A stretch of 64,000 nucleotides of DNA from Balanoglossus misakiensis (taxonomy: Eukaryota; Animalia; Hemichordata): contig CM082587.2 of NCBI GenBank assembly GCA_040954595.2, positions 9,119,403 through 9,183,402 on the forward strand, given 5' to 3'. Shown here piece after piece: positions 22,413 through 33,570 of this stretch. The notes under the pieces are model-generated. The model was not told the DNA's origin. It ran no database searches and saw nothing but the letters and a program-made list of their open reading frames with translations. The translations under genes were made by a program, and so were the position numbers. The stretch's first letter is position 1, and the number at the start of each line of letters is the position of its first letter.

Positions 22413-24773
22413 ATGACAAAACGGCACGCCCCCTCGCGGCACTTTGAGGGATACAGATGTTATTTTCATGAGTGAGCCGGTGTATCCTGCGGCAGTATTT
22501 TCGTGAAAATAACATCTGTATCCCTCAAAGTGCCGCGAGGGGGCGTGCCGTTCTGTTATTATTGCATATGTTCCACAATTTAGCGAAATTCTCGGCCTGG
22601 TTAATAGCAGCGGATTAATACTATATGCAAAACACTTGTGATCCGCCCCAAGTTACTTGGTCACGTTTCATTGGTTAAAATCCATCAGCGCTATTGATAT
22701 GCAAATTTATAACAGGGTCACACACTTTCATTCATCATCGAGTCAAACACAACACGAATACATGTAAATAAAGTTCAATAAACAATTTAATGCGGAGCTA
22801 AACTGAACAATAAATAACAACAAGTAATAAACGAACATTCCAAACTTATCAAATGGGCATTACATCTCGCCGAAATGAGCGAAACTACAGCGGCGTTCAA
22901 TCTGAGTCATCGGAGTCAGGGAAAATAATACGTCGACGTTTAGGGATGGGTGACTTGTTGACATTAAAGCTAAAATTGAAAGTTCCGCCAAAAATCTGAG
23001 CATTGGCAAACATACCGTGCACTTGAGGGGTGTTATTTAAAGCACTGTTGTTTGTAAGGACAGAAACATTAGATTGACTCGATACAATATAATTGGTATC
23101 GGTTGACGTCTTGTCGGCGGTGGTTTTGTCAACATCAGTGGCACTTGAAGACGGTCGCGGATCGAAACTTTTCTTTGCGCCGCTCAGGATCTCGCTCATC
23201 TGTCGCTGTTGGAATTGATTGGCCACTGCGTATCTATTTAGGCTTGATACATTCTTATGACCACTCAGTTGTGCTGTTGTATTTGGTGGGACTCCAGCGT
23301 CGAGGAGACGTTGAACACAGGCCTTTCTATAGCGCTGTGGTTTTACTTAACTTTCCGGTCAGTCCCGCTGCTTTCGACATCGTTTTCATCAGGGATCGGA
23401 GTTTATTTATGCCCATTCGTTGATTTCTAAACCATATTCCGTTGTTAACAGTGCAGGGAACGTACTCAATTCCAAGATAGAAAGGTGCGGAAGTGGTATT
23501 CATTTTCTGGGGTCGTCGCGAAGCAAAGTTTTTGTACACGCTGACAGGACATGTCTTTCGGAGCGAAACTTCGCGTATTGCCTGGTTCACCTCGCCGGGT
23601 TTTTGTGAGTCTTTCATTATACACGATATATTCGCCGTTCTCATCTTCCTGCAAAGTCGCGTCTCCCCATTCCATTTGATGATGTTCATCGTTGCCGCGA
23701 AGACCGAAAAGCTTAGTGTTGTTGAGCCAGATAGTATTCAACAACGCGACCGCCGAATGAACACCGAGCTGACCCGCTTTCAGTAGCACCGTCTCCTGTT
23801 CCGCGGACACCGGCTCTGCCTTGTTTGGCAAGTTGCCCTTCCCGGCGCCTTTCAGTTGTTTACGTTTTGCTGCTAAGGCACGACGACTTGATGCGAACTC
23901 TTCGTCCCGAATTATGCTCTTGCCGTAGTTGTTATCACGCAGCCACCTGTCGATAGATATTTGGTAGCTGGAAATCGAGTCCGGCTCATACTCTTCCCCG
24001 TTCTTTTTTCGAACGCCAATAAAAAACCGTGCAAGAAAGGGATCGAGGTCAGAAGGCGGTATTTCCATCAAACCCTGACTTTCTGTTGTCATGGTCGCCT
24101 TCCATTCTTCAAATACCGCAACTTCTCTTTTCGTTTTCAACACGGTGTTTTTGTTTTTGTGGTCTCCTACGAAAGCATTGACGTCCTCCGATGTAAAATC
24201 GACGAATCTCGGTCTTGCGCTCGCGCTGGATGTTGTTGGCAGGGATGACCCTGGGCTAGAAATATTCATATTTTTCTCCACCGTACTTGCCGAGGCTGAT
24301 AAATCATGGCTCGTTTCACTTGTCTCGTCTGGATAATAGAATTCGGTCCCTAAACTTTCAACATATATGCAGTTTGTCCAGTCGTAATACTGTTCATCCA
24401 TGGAATAGAAAGGTTTCGTCACAGCAGCAGACGACAATATTTACAAACAAAAAAATAGTTCCGACACAGGTCGTCTTTGTTTTTACTAATTTGCATATCA
24501 GCTGTAAAAAATACCACATTGTCACACGCACAACTAAAACAACAATAAGCTTTTTGCGATGTAAAATAAAACCTTTTGCAAATTCTATGGAGGTATATAC
24601 AAACTACAAATGATTATGAAACACATGGTGATAAACTTTAAGAGATAAGATCGATTGTGTAGGAAATTGGGGATCTTATTTTATGTTAGTTGCTCATTTG
24701 CATATGAGCTTGCAAAAATACCAGAATTATTATTGCACGGGCCGCTTGGAATACTGTAGTACATATGCAATAA
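22413..24773 (+). mobile_element. Crypton-type tyrosine-recombinase element (hairpin cassette carrying the YR gene)
   Basis: 59-bp-arm hairpin 22413-22559, box TTATTGCATATGT at 22559-22571, exact inverted box ACATATGCAATAA at 24761-24773, internal YR reading frame. Confidence 0.85.
22897..24437 (-). pseudogene. Crypton/DUF3504 tyrosine recombinase (ZMYM/QRICH1/KCTD1-related), frameshifted
   Basis: FFIGVRKKNGEEYEP, FGLRGNDEH, ERLTKTRRG, CPV, WFRNQRMGINKL, NHSA/RK, SGHKN..SLNRY. All catalytic R-K-HxxR-H-Y positions are recognisable, but at least 3 frame breaks occur (~23555, ~23343, ~23329). Confidence 0.9.
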
Positions 24774-24779
24774 TTTATT

Positions 24780-25180
24780 TTATTACATATGTACCGTCGA
24801 TTACTTGCACCGAGCGCGCGCGTAACATCGGTATTTGCACTCAGTGCAATACCAAAAACATTATGCCATACCTGTATGCAAATGAGTGGCCTGTTCACGA
24901 AACAAGCAATATCATTCCGCGGTCTCATTTTTTTCATTTTCGGTCTTTTTTTCAAAATGGGATGAACATATGTAATAAAAACAGAACCCCATGGCTCGAT
25001 CGTGCAAGCACGGCGTAACGGTAGTATTTGCACTCGTGCTGGCGGTGTATTCTTGCTGCCCCCCGCACGAGCGACAGCGAGTGCGGGGGACGGTCGCAAG
25101 AATACACCGCCAGACACTCGATGCAAATACTACCGTTACGCCGTGCTTGCACGATCGAGCCAGGTTGAGGTTCTGTCATA
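24780..25180 (-). mobile_element. Non-autonomous hairpin cassette, inverted, abutting the YR element tail-to-tail
   Basis: Box TTATTACATATGT at 24780-24792, inverted box ACATATGTAATAA at 24966-24978, ~200-bp hairpin 24979-25179. Confidence 0.8.
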
Positions 25181-25383
25181 TTATTCTGATGCGAATTAGG
25201 CTCACAAATAAACACCCCTACTTTTAAATATTCTCTATATGCGAAAAAAACTTAGACTTGGACATGGAGATTGGGAATAGAAAGTTGCATTACCGGTATG
25301 TTTAGGGCAATTTTGCATTTTCTTTAATATCAAACATCTCAGGATTTCCAGTGACATCTTAGATTCTGCCTATTTCTTTACAG

Positions 25384-25495
25384 AAAAGCCATCAAGTTTT
25401 ACATGCACGACATCTGCGTGTGTCCAGAACGTTTTGACAGTTGGGCTGGTATGGCTTTAGCTAGGAGCAGCAGATTGGAAGCTAAGCTCAGCTCT
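25384..25495 (+). CDS. CABIN1: CABIN1 exon
   Basis: cag|...|gtacgt; [37 protein letters not shown]. Confidence 0.96.
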
Positions 25496-25549
25496 GTACG
25501 TACAAATGTATTCCTTCGTAGTTTGAAATAGTTTGTTTCACTTGTTATA

Positions 25550-25755
25550 TTAAAGGGACAAAGTCTCTCTCTCGCTGCCCCTTTTCCATTAATTATGTTT
25601 GATACAAGACACTGTTTATGTTATTCTACATGTGGATATATAGTGAATCAACATTCGACCACACACAACTTCAATCCCGTTTATAGGATATGAAAGTAAA
25701 AATCTCGCCAAAATGAATAAATGGTAAACTCCGATTATTCATTTAGGCGAGTTTT
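25550..25755. mobile_element. Family A MITE, left half
   Basis: TTAAAGGGACAAAGTCTCTCTCTCGCTGCCC... Confidence 0.8.
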
Positions 25756-25854
25756 CATGGACTTTTCATTTACAGCATTTGCCGTACATTCTATAAAGTC
25801 AGCAATCATTGATATCAGTGAAATTAACCATATGACATCTTATTCATTTTGTAG

Positions 25855-26016
25855 TGTGATGTCAAAAATGAAGGAGCAATGCAGAAGAATGCCCAGGCTG
25901 CAATACGGTGCTTTCAGAGAGCATTGGAGATTGATGCAACCAATTGTACTCTGTGGATAGAGTGTGGCTCATTAGCCTATGCATTACACTCACATTCTTC
26001 AAGACAACTCAAACAG
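25855..26016 (+). CDS. CABIN1: CABIN1 exon
   Basis: tag|...CAG|gtaaaa; ...CFQRALEIDATNCTLWIECGSLAYALHSHSSRQLKQ. Confidence 0.95.
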
Positions 26017-26067
26017 GTAAAAGTGTATTCTGCTTCTGATCAAAATTCTTATCTTGTCCCTCATTAA

Positions 26068-26745
26068 CACTTTCGCTGCGGGAGGGCGTTTTCTGCGCCG
26101 GCAGTCAGAATGCGGGAGGCGCGTAAACGCGCCAAGATCGCGTCCGTTACTTGGTCTGTTCTATTTTATGTTCGTTGCTTATTTACTCATTTTGTATGAC
26201 TATATATAGGACAGGGGTCAACCCTAATTGAGCATGCGCATATGTATTGTAAACAATCAAGTCGATTTTATCATCAAAGGGTTTCCTTATACAGCTGATT
26301 TTAGGTCTCCCCGATCATATTTTTCCATTCACTTGGTTTTTAAAAATGGCGACATGGGCAAAGTTTCATGCCGACGAAGTTCTTGAACAAGTCTTTCAGG
26401 ATAGTGACAGCGATCATAGCGATAGCGGAAGCCAAATTACGGACAACAACATCATAGAACCAGAAATAGAAGCCAGACACGGAGACAACAGAGTAGAGAC
26501 TGAGAGAGAGGGAGGGTTTTTGCCATGTTCTCGGACGTCGTAACGTTGATGGTGACACGCGGTGGGTTTTGTATGACGTAAATGACAATTACACACCGGA
26601 CTGGTTGTCTGTATACGATCGTCGCTAAGGTTTATTAGTTGACACTGATGACTTTGCACCGGTTGACTTTTTTCAGCTGTTCTTTCCTGGTGATGTGTTT
26701 GAGTTGATGTCATTGTCAGAGCAAACTGATATGTACACCGCACAA
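26068..26745 (+). mobile_element. piggyBac 5' fragment with decayed transposase N-terminus
   Basis: TTAA|CACTTTCGCTGCG left end; acidic N-terminus (ATG 26346, DSDSDHSDS); later frame DWL...PVDFFQLFFPGDVFELM...TDMYTAQ resembles the PxDFFxLFF...TNxYA start of piggyBac DDE domains. Confidence 0.75.
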
Positions 26746-26829
26746 TTTGCGGTTTTTGTACTCATTTCACAATCAGAGTTTCTCATAAGTCTGACTTTTG
26801 GAGTTCTTCATTCTTTCTGTTTTTCACAG

Positions 26830-27042
26830 CAGAAGACTCAGATGTCTCTCAGTCCTGAGATGGTCAATATGTTACAGAGTAGAAAAGAGGAAATGTTAGT
26901 CTTGGCCAAGAAATGCTTTACAAAAGCGAAAGACTGTGAAGGAGATGGTGAAGAAGAAGAATGGTTAATACACTACATGTTGGGTAAAATCGCTGAAAAA
27001 CAACACGACTCCCCGAAGGTTTATGTCCAACACTACAAAGAA
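26830..27042 (+). CDS. CABIN1: CABIN1 exon (alternative acceptor at 26833)
   Basis: CAGCAG acceptor, |gtaagt donor; ...CEGDGEEEEWLIHYMLGKIAEK... Confidence 0.92.
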
Positions 27043-27382
27043 GTAAGTGTCACCATAGCAACAGAGGTGGAGTCCATGTAAATTGTTTATTGTTTAGTGT
27101 TAAAGTGACTACCCAGATGCAGTTTGTGGTTATCGCATTCCATTGCCTTACATATTGAATTTTGAGAAAACAGTGTTGCAATATTGTCATTTTCTTGAAA
27201 TTTTCACAAAAGGTACCAATAGAGGAGTATTAATAAAAGACAACACTATGTCACCATGCTTGATTTTTTATAGAGCTGTTCAGATATTTCCACCATAGGA
27301 AAACTATAGCATTAGGAGTGCAAAAAAAGTGGTGACTCAGCAATTTTTACAATCTTTGTTGTAATTTTCCATGAAAATTTAG

Positions 27383-27472
27383 GCTGGTGTTCACTTGTAT
27401 GAAGATCATGCGTGTTACCCTAAGAAGATCCACTATCACAATCCTCCAGATCTAGCCATAGAAGCATTGGAA
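27383..27472 (+). CDS. CABIN1: CABIN1 exon
   Basis: tag|...|gtgagt; [30 protein letters not shown]. Confidence 0.96.
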
Positions 27473-27573
27473 GTGAGTACAACTTCTTTCTATATTTGTA
27501 AATGTGCGCACATGTTTAACTCTGATCCCTTGGTGACCTACATGTATGGCATCATTTTCTTCTAAGTTAACAG

Positions 27574-27883
27574 TTAAAGGGACAAACTCTCTCTCTCGCT
27601 GCCCTTATTCCATTAATTATGTTTGATACAAGACACCATTTATGTTAATGTACATGTGGATATATAGTGAATCAACGTTCGACCACACACAACTTCCATC
27701 CCGCTTGTATGATATGACAGATTATTCATTTTGGCGAGTTTTTCACTCTCGTGTCTACAAGCGGGATGGAAGGTGTGTGTGGTTTAATGTTGATTCACTA
27801 TATATCCACGTACATAACCAGTGTCTTGTATCAAACATAATTAATGGAAAAAGGGCAGCGAGAGAGAGACTTTGTCCCTTTAA
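27574..27883. mobile_element. Family A foldback MITE
   Basis: TTAA-flanked palindromic copy. Confidence 0.85.
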
Positions 27884-28165
27884 TGAGATGACTCACTTGC
27901 ACATCAGAATATTCATAGCACTAATAGCTTTTATTCCAATTTGATTTTCTGGTGATTTATTTGCTTGTTGGTTAAAGTCACCATTCTTTTACCCACCCAT
28001 CCCATTGTGTGCCAGAGGATGATTTTCTTGGGCCACAATGAATACAACATTGTAGGTGACCATATACCCTCACAATATCATCAGACTGTGTAAGTGACAT
28101 GCATTATCCAAGTGGAAGTACCATGTCATTGCTGATATGTTTAATATATTTTTTCATCCTGACAG

Positions 28166-28296
28166 GTGCATTTCCGTCTACATGCATCCATGCTTAAACT
28201 TCTTGAAGATGGTACGTGCACTGATATCGACTTTGACCACTTGGAAGAACAAATTAAAGATTGTGCCAATGGTCCATTTGCCAAAGGACAGCAGAA
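28166..28296 (+). CDS. CABIN1: CABIN1 exon
   Basis: cag|...|gtatgt; VHFRLHASMLKLL...NGPFAKGQQ. Confidence 0.93.
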
Positions 28297-28554
28297 GTAT
28301 GTACATTAAAACAACACCATTTTGCAATTGCCCTTATTCAAGCACAAGTCCCTCTGTGACAATAAAGGCCCATGTTTTCAAAAAAAGAAAATCAATTAGC
28401 CCTTCAAATGCACCATATAGACCCCTGAAGGGTGACCATGAACTTCACGATCGATCCCCTTCCTCACCCTCAGTTAAACGTTTGCAATATTAAACATTTT
28501 CATCTCCAGCTTGCATACCTTTTCACAAGGCCAAATCCTGCAATTTCTTGTGCG

Positions 28555-28912
28555 TTAAAGGGACAAAGTCTCTCTCTCATTACCTTTTTCCACTTATTAT
28601 GTTTGATACAAGACACTGTTTATGTTATTCTACATGTGGATATGTAGTGAATGAACGTTCGACCACACACAACTTCCATCCTGCTTGTAGACAAGAGAGT
28701 GAAAAAAAACTCACCAAAATGAATAATCGTTCTCTACCATTTATTCATTTTGGGTGAGTTTTTTACTCTCATGTCCTACAAGCGGGATAGAAGTTGTGTG
28801 TGGTCGAACGTTGATTCACTATATCTCTACATGTAGAATAATATAAACGGTGCCTTGTATCAAATATAATTAATGGAAAAAGGGCAGCGAGAGAGAGACT
28901 TCGTCCATTTAT
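28555..28912. mobile_element. Family A foldback MITE
   Basis: Full palindromic copy. Confidence 0.85.
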
Positions 28913-29137
28913 AAGAAGTCAGAGTAGGCAATATACTTGGTGTCCGAGCAAGCTGTGAACTTGTATGCAAATCTGAGTAGTGGGACTGCAGTATCAGACG
29001 CATTGTGTTTGTACTTTCTTGGAAATAACCGTACACACCTGCAGACCATCAGGAACAATGGAAACAAGTCTAACTTAACAGCATATGCAGTAACTCGTAG
29101 TGTGAAATGTCCAACCGTATTGTCTTATGTTTTTCAG

Positions 29138-29651
29138 AGAAGCAGACAATATTTCATCCAGCAGTCCATCATCACAGGATATTCCCAAGCCCACATTTAC
29201 AGCTACACCACTTGATCATGACTACACTGCCATTCACAAAACATCCAAACACAAACTGGAAGATGTTTGCCAAGCACAGAGGGTACAAGACTCCGAAAAA
29301 CCCAGCGAGTCAAGACCCGGCACCAGAGATAGTCCCAGAAGTGGCAGTGAAAGTAGCACATCCGTGGAGAGTGAAAAGAAGGTGACTAGAGAGGATCAAC
29401 ATCAGATCACAATGACTGATGATAGAAACAAGCAACCTCCACAGACTGACGCGGGAAAAACAACCAATGGAGAGGAAAACCCTCCTGAAAGTGTGCAGAC
29501 TTGCGCCAAAGAAAGAACCGTAGAAGAAAAACAAAGCCGACTGGTTGCACTATGTTTGGATGCCCTGAAATTATGTCTCTCAAGATTTCCTCAGCATTAT
29601 AAATCATTGTACAGAATGGCCAACCTATATCTGTGCTCTCCAACACATAAG
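29138..29651 (+). CDS. CABIN1: CABIN1 exon
   Basis: cag|...AAG|gtaggg; LDHDY motif and LCLSRFPQHYKSLYRMANLY. Confidence 0.93.
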
Positions 29652-30387
29652 GTAGGGATGTTATTAAAACTTGGGCTATTTCTATTTTTTGGGGTATCAA
29701 CTGAGTTTTCTTGTTCTACTCTATAAAACAAAGAGAATTGCTCAGTATTTGTTTTTATCAGTCCTTTTGCATTAATCAGCATTGTTATTATTGCAAATTT
29801 GTCAACTATAGCCATTACTCATATAAGGGTTTGTTGAGAAGCTAACGACTGAACATTTCATAAAATTATCCAGAAAAGAACAAGAAACCAGAGTGAATAC
29901 GTGGGAGAAAAATACTGAAAAAAAGCCAAAAGGTGGAGTTGCTTGCCAAAGGGCTTCAATATGAATAGTTATGTGGCATCTACATTTTTGTACTTCATAA
30001 ATGACATGAAAATTTTGAAAATGACTAATACAGAAGTGACTAACAAAACATACTTGGCATCCATAAAGTACAGAACAAAGGGTCTATATCAATACATGAA
30101 TGCAAAGAATATCTGAGAATTAAACTCACCAAAGTTTGAGTTGAGCACAATAGTTTTCAGCTGTTTGGGTAACATGATAACATACCTTCTTCAGAAAAGT
30201 GTCACAAACTGACTATTTCAGGGTTTTGAAGAATTTATGTCATATTGGTACAAAACAAAAACTGGATCATTCCATACCGGTACATGTATTTAGGAATAGG
30301 TATATTTCAATGTTCATTTACACATGGTTCTATTTTGCCGCAATTGAGTTGAATTCTGGGTTTAATCAATGTTGATTTTTTCTTCAG

Positions 30388-30539
30388 AACCTGGTGTGGT
30401 GTCGAGATCTGTTACTAGGGACTGGTAGCACTCCATGGCAACAGTTAGCACACATGCCAGCTCAAGGATTATTCTCCGAACGAAATAAGAGTAACTTCTT
30501 CAATGGAATATGGAGAATACCAGTTGATGAAATAGACAG
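30388..30539 (+). CDS. CABIN1: CABIN1 exon
   Basis: cag|...|gtaaga; [11 protein letters not shown]...[35 protein letters not shown]. Confidence 0.96.
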
Positions 30540-31038
30540 GTAAGAGCTATGTGTCACTGGATGATATTTAGTCCCTGCTGGGTGATGTCCACAATGGGCA
30601 CCTGTAGATTAGGAACTTTCTGTCTGTCTGTCTGTCTGTCTCTTTGTTTGTTTGTTTGTTTGTATGACTATACTTGCCTTTATATGGTAACAAATATTAA
30701 AACTGCTGAAAAAAATCTGTCAAAGCTGGTACCATGGACGAGGGTTGACTTATGTATGCATACAACAATTTTGTAATTTGTTGAATGTTTATTGTGCCCG
30801 GGTGCAAGGAGTTGAAATTTGGAATGCAAAAGAATCAGTTTGAATATGTTGACTACAAAGGATTCATGAACTTAGAAAAATTGGTTTAAATATTGCTTTA
30901 TCTCATATTTTACTGTACTTTTATTCTGAGACAATTTCAAAGATCTTTAGAGAAATCTAGTCAGTGATTGCAAAACTTTTTGGTCAGTAAAATCTTGTCT
31001 GATTACTTTGAAATTTGCTGTGCAGGTTCCTGGCTGCC

Positions 31039-31500
31039 TTAAAGGGACAAAGTTTCTCTTTTTGATGTCAAAATCCATTAAATACTTACTCTAAATTCAT
31101 ACAATGACCAATTATGGCTTGAAGAATATCGCGAACTATGTTTTTGCCCTTTACGTAAGTTGGATTTCTGTCTCAGCTGGCAGTAGGCGCGGTTTGAACC
31201 AGCCGCCATTTTGAACCCAGCTCAGTGGCAAGCAGTGGGAAATCACTGAGTGAAGTCTGACTTGAAACATTAGCATGAGTTGATTATTTCAGAATACCAT
31301 GGAGATGAAGCTTGATTAATAAACAGTAAAGACGATTATTCATTTTGGCAAGTTTTTTTTACTCTGGTGTCTACAAATGGGATGAAAGTTGTATCACTGT
31401 GTGTGGTCAAGCGTTGTTTCATTATATATATCCCCATGTAAAATCTTGTATCAAACATATTTAATGGAAAAAAGGGCAGTGAGAGACTTTGTTCCTTCAA
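31039..31500. mobile_element. Kolobok-like element with family A right arm and a different left/internal part
   Basis: TTAAAGGGACAAAGTTTCTCTTTTTG start; family A arm at 31334-31500. Confidence 0.65.
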
Positions 31501-31619
31501 TGTGTTTATTCCATAGTATCACAATAATGCTGTGTCATTTTTTCTGTGCTTTTTTCTTGACTAATGTCATCTCTTTTTATGCTCATAATAATATATTGCT
31601 TTTATTTTCTCTTCCCCAG

Positions 31620-31748
31620 ACCTGGTAGTTTTCCATCTCATATGCATCGTTCTGTTAATTTATTGTTGGAAATTCTCCTGCAATTGAAAGATTACAAAGT
31701 ACTTTTTCAAGTGTCCACTCAGTTACAAAGAACACCTGATCAGGGAAA
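31620..31748 (+). CDS. CABIN1: CABIN1 exon
   Basis: cag|...|gtaagt; [19 protein letters not shown]...LQRTPDQG. Confidence 0.95.
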
Positions 31749-32088
31749 GTAAGTATTCATCAAAAAAAAAGATTTCTTACCATAATGGTCAATTGTCTTG
31801 GCAACATATGGGTGAGTTAGTTAGTTGACTGTATATGTCAATCAAGTGAATGCTATTGTCTTACCAGAATGTTTACTAAATAAATTGAATCCAAAGTAAT
31901 GATATGTGTAGGCTGATTGGATTGTACAAGTTGTTGGAAGTGGAATAAGTACCTTGATGTTGTTACCCCCCCCCCCCCCCAAAAAAAAAAAGATTCAGTT
32001 GTGTCTTGGTACTGGTGGTGTCAATATAATTCTACAACTGACAGAGCCACACATGTATACTATACTGTTTGCTGTGTTTTACCACCAG

Positions 32089-32326
32089 GAAATATCTTCG
32101 AGATATGGACAGAATTCTCCTGGCAAAGCTGGCCTATGATTACACCTTGACTGTCCTGGAAGAAAACGTCAGCGATGAGAATGTAACAGAACGTGATTCT
32201 GACTTACAGCAGTTACTTCAAGACACATTTCGAGTGTGGCAATATGGCTCCAACAAACTTCAAAGTCAAATGGACTCCGCCAACAATGTCCTCGGTCTTG
32301 TCTACAAAGCATACAAACACAATCAG
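32089..32326 (+). CDS. CABIN1: CABIN1 exon
   Basis: cag|...CAG|gtaagt; KYLRDMDRILLAKLAY... Confidence 0.94.
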
Positions 32327-32729
32327 GTAAGTGCCACCTTATATCAACTCTGGAAATCTGAATTTTACGCTAATCTATCAGAAACGGAGAGCTTTATTAC
32401 CGTCTTTTCTGGGAATTCTTTCTGAATGCCATGAGAAGATGTGTATCCCAAAACAGGTATTTGTGTTTAAAAGATGTTCAATTTCTAGTTTAGAATTTAG
32501 AATGCAGCCACTGCCGACACTGCTTCTGCATAGAAAGGACACACTGGCAGTTGAGTTGCTGCCAATGTGGTGCTTTAATGGTGAAATGGCCACATGAGAG
32601 TAAAGTTCAGATGTGGCAGTTCCAAAGTTGCCATTGATGCGATGTGTGGCCTTAGAAAAGTGTGCAGGTAACATGAAGCATCACTTTGAGTACAAATTGA
32701 ATTGCTAAGGTTGATTTCTGTTTTCACAG

Positions 32730-32807
32730 GTTGAAGAAGGAGCTTCCTTACTAGAACAAGCCATCAAATTCTGCAGTCAATACAGTACGATACACAAGAC
32801 TCCCCAG
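32730..32807 (+). CDS. CABIN1: CABIN1 exon
   Basis: cag|...CAG|gtatgg; VEEGASLLEQAIKFCSQYSTIHKTPQ. Confidence 0.88.
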
Positions 32808-32996
32808 GTATGGTTGTTATGTGAATGTGACAATATTAATTACTACCATCATTATTTTAGACCATGGATTACTGTTAACCTGCTGAATGATTCTCTACGT
32901 CTCTATGTCCAGAGCTGAATTATGGCTATCCAGAATGATCATGACAAAATATTCTGTATGTGAAATTTAGTAATTTGAAATTACATAAGTTCGGCG

Positions 32997-33230
32997 ATCT
33001 CTAATGCCATCAATCAAGTAAGAAGCATCCCACGTGACCGACTAATCAACTACAAGGACAAAAACATTGACTCATCTGATCGTACACTATTGTTCATCAC
33101 ACACCACCCCGCCCTTCCTAGCATATCGTCAATAATCAGAGAACACTGGCACGTACTTGCATCAAATCAGTCTACAAGGGAGACATTCACCACGCCCTCT
33201 TTTGTTGCGTATAGATAACTTCCCAACCTG
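32997..33230 (+). mobile_element. Penelope-like retroelement fragment (linker between RT and GIY-YIG)
   Basis: Translates ISNAINQVRSIPRDRLI...DRTLLFITHHPALPSISSIIREHWHVL...FTTPSFVAYR*LPNL, matching the T(Y/H)HPxL...HWxxL...VAYRRxxNL pattern. Confidence 0.75.
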
Positions 33231-33570
33231 TAAATGTAATTACTGGAAATATCTGCTTAGATTGACATGGGTCCAACTACAGGTTTTATCTGTACTGGGT
33301 AGGGTACTGCTCGCCGCACCATATCACGCTCAGAACATAAGTTACAAGATCATCCCTTATAATGTCTGGTTTTGCTGTGAACATGTTGTCCACATAGGTT
33401 GCACACTGTTGTCACAATTGCAACCTCAAAGTTGATTGGTGCACTTGGTGACAAACAACAGATACACCACTTGTAATATGCAAATTCATTTGGCCATCAA
33501 AACTCAACTGGTCAATTACCCATAGCACTCTTGTTATAAATGTTTTACACTGTACTATTGTTTCCTCTAG

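Noticed and set aside
24683-25227. Overlapping ORFs on both strands
   Set aside because: Produced by the GC-rich hairpin; no protein motif.
26695-26829. Open frame running from the piggyBac remnant into the next CABIN1 exon
   Set aside because: An upstream in-frame stop lies in the transposase remnant and the normal CAGCAG acceptor explains the exon; likely chance.
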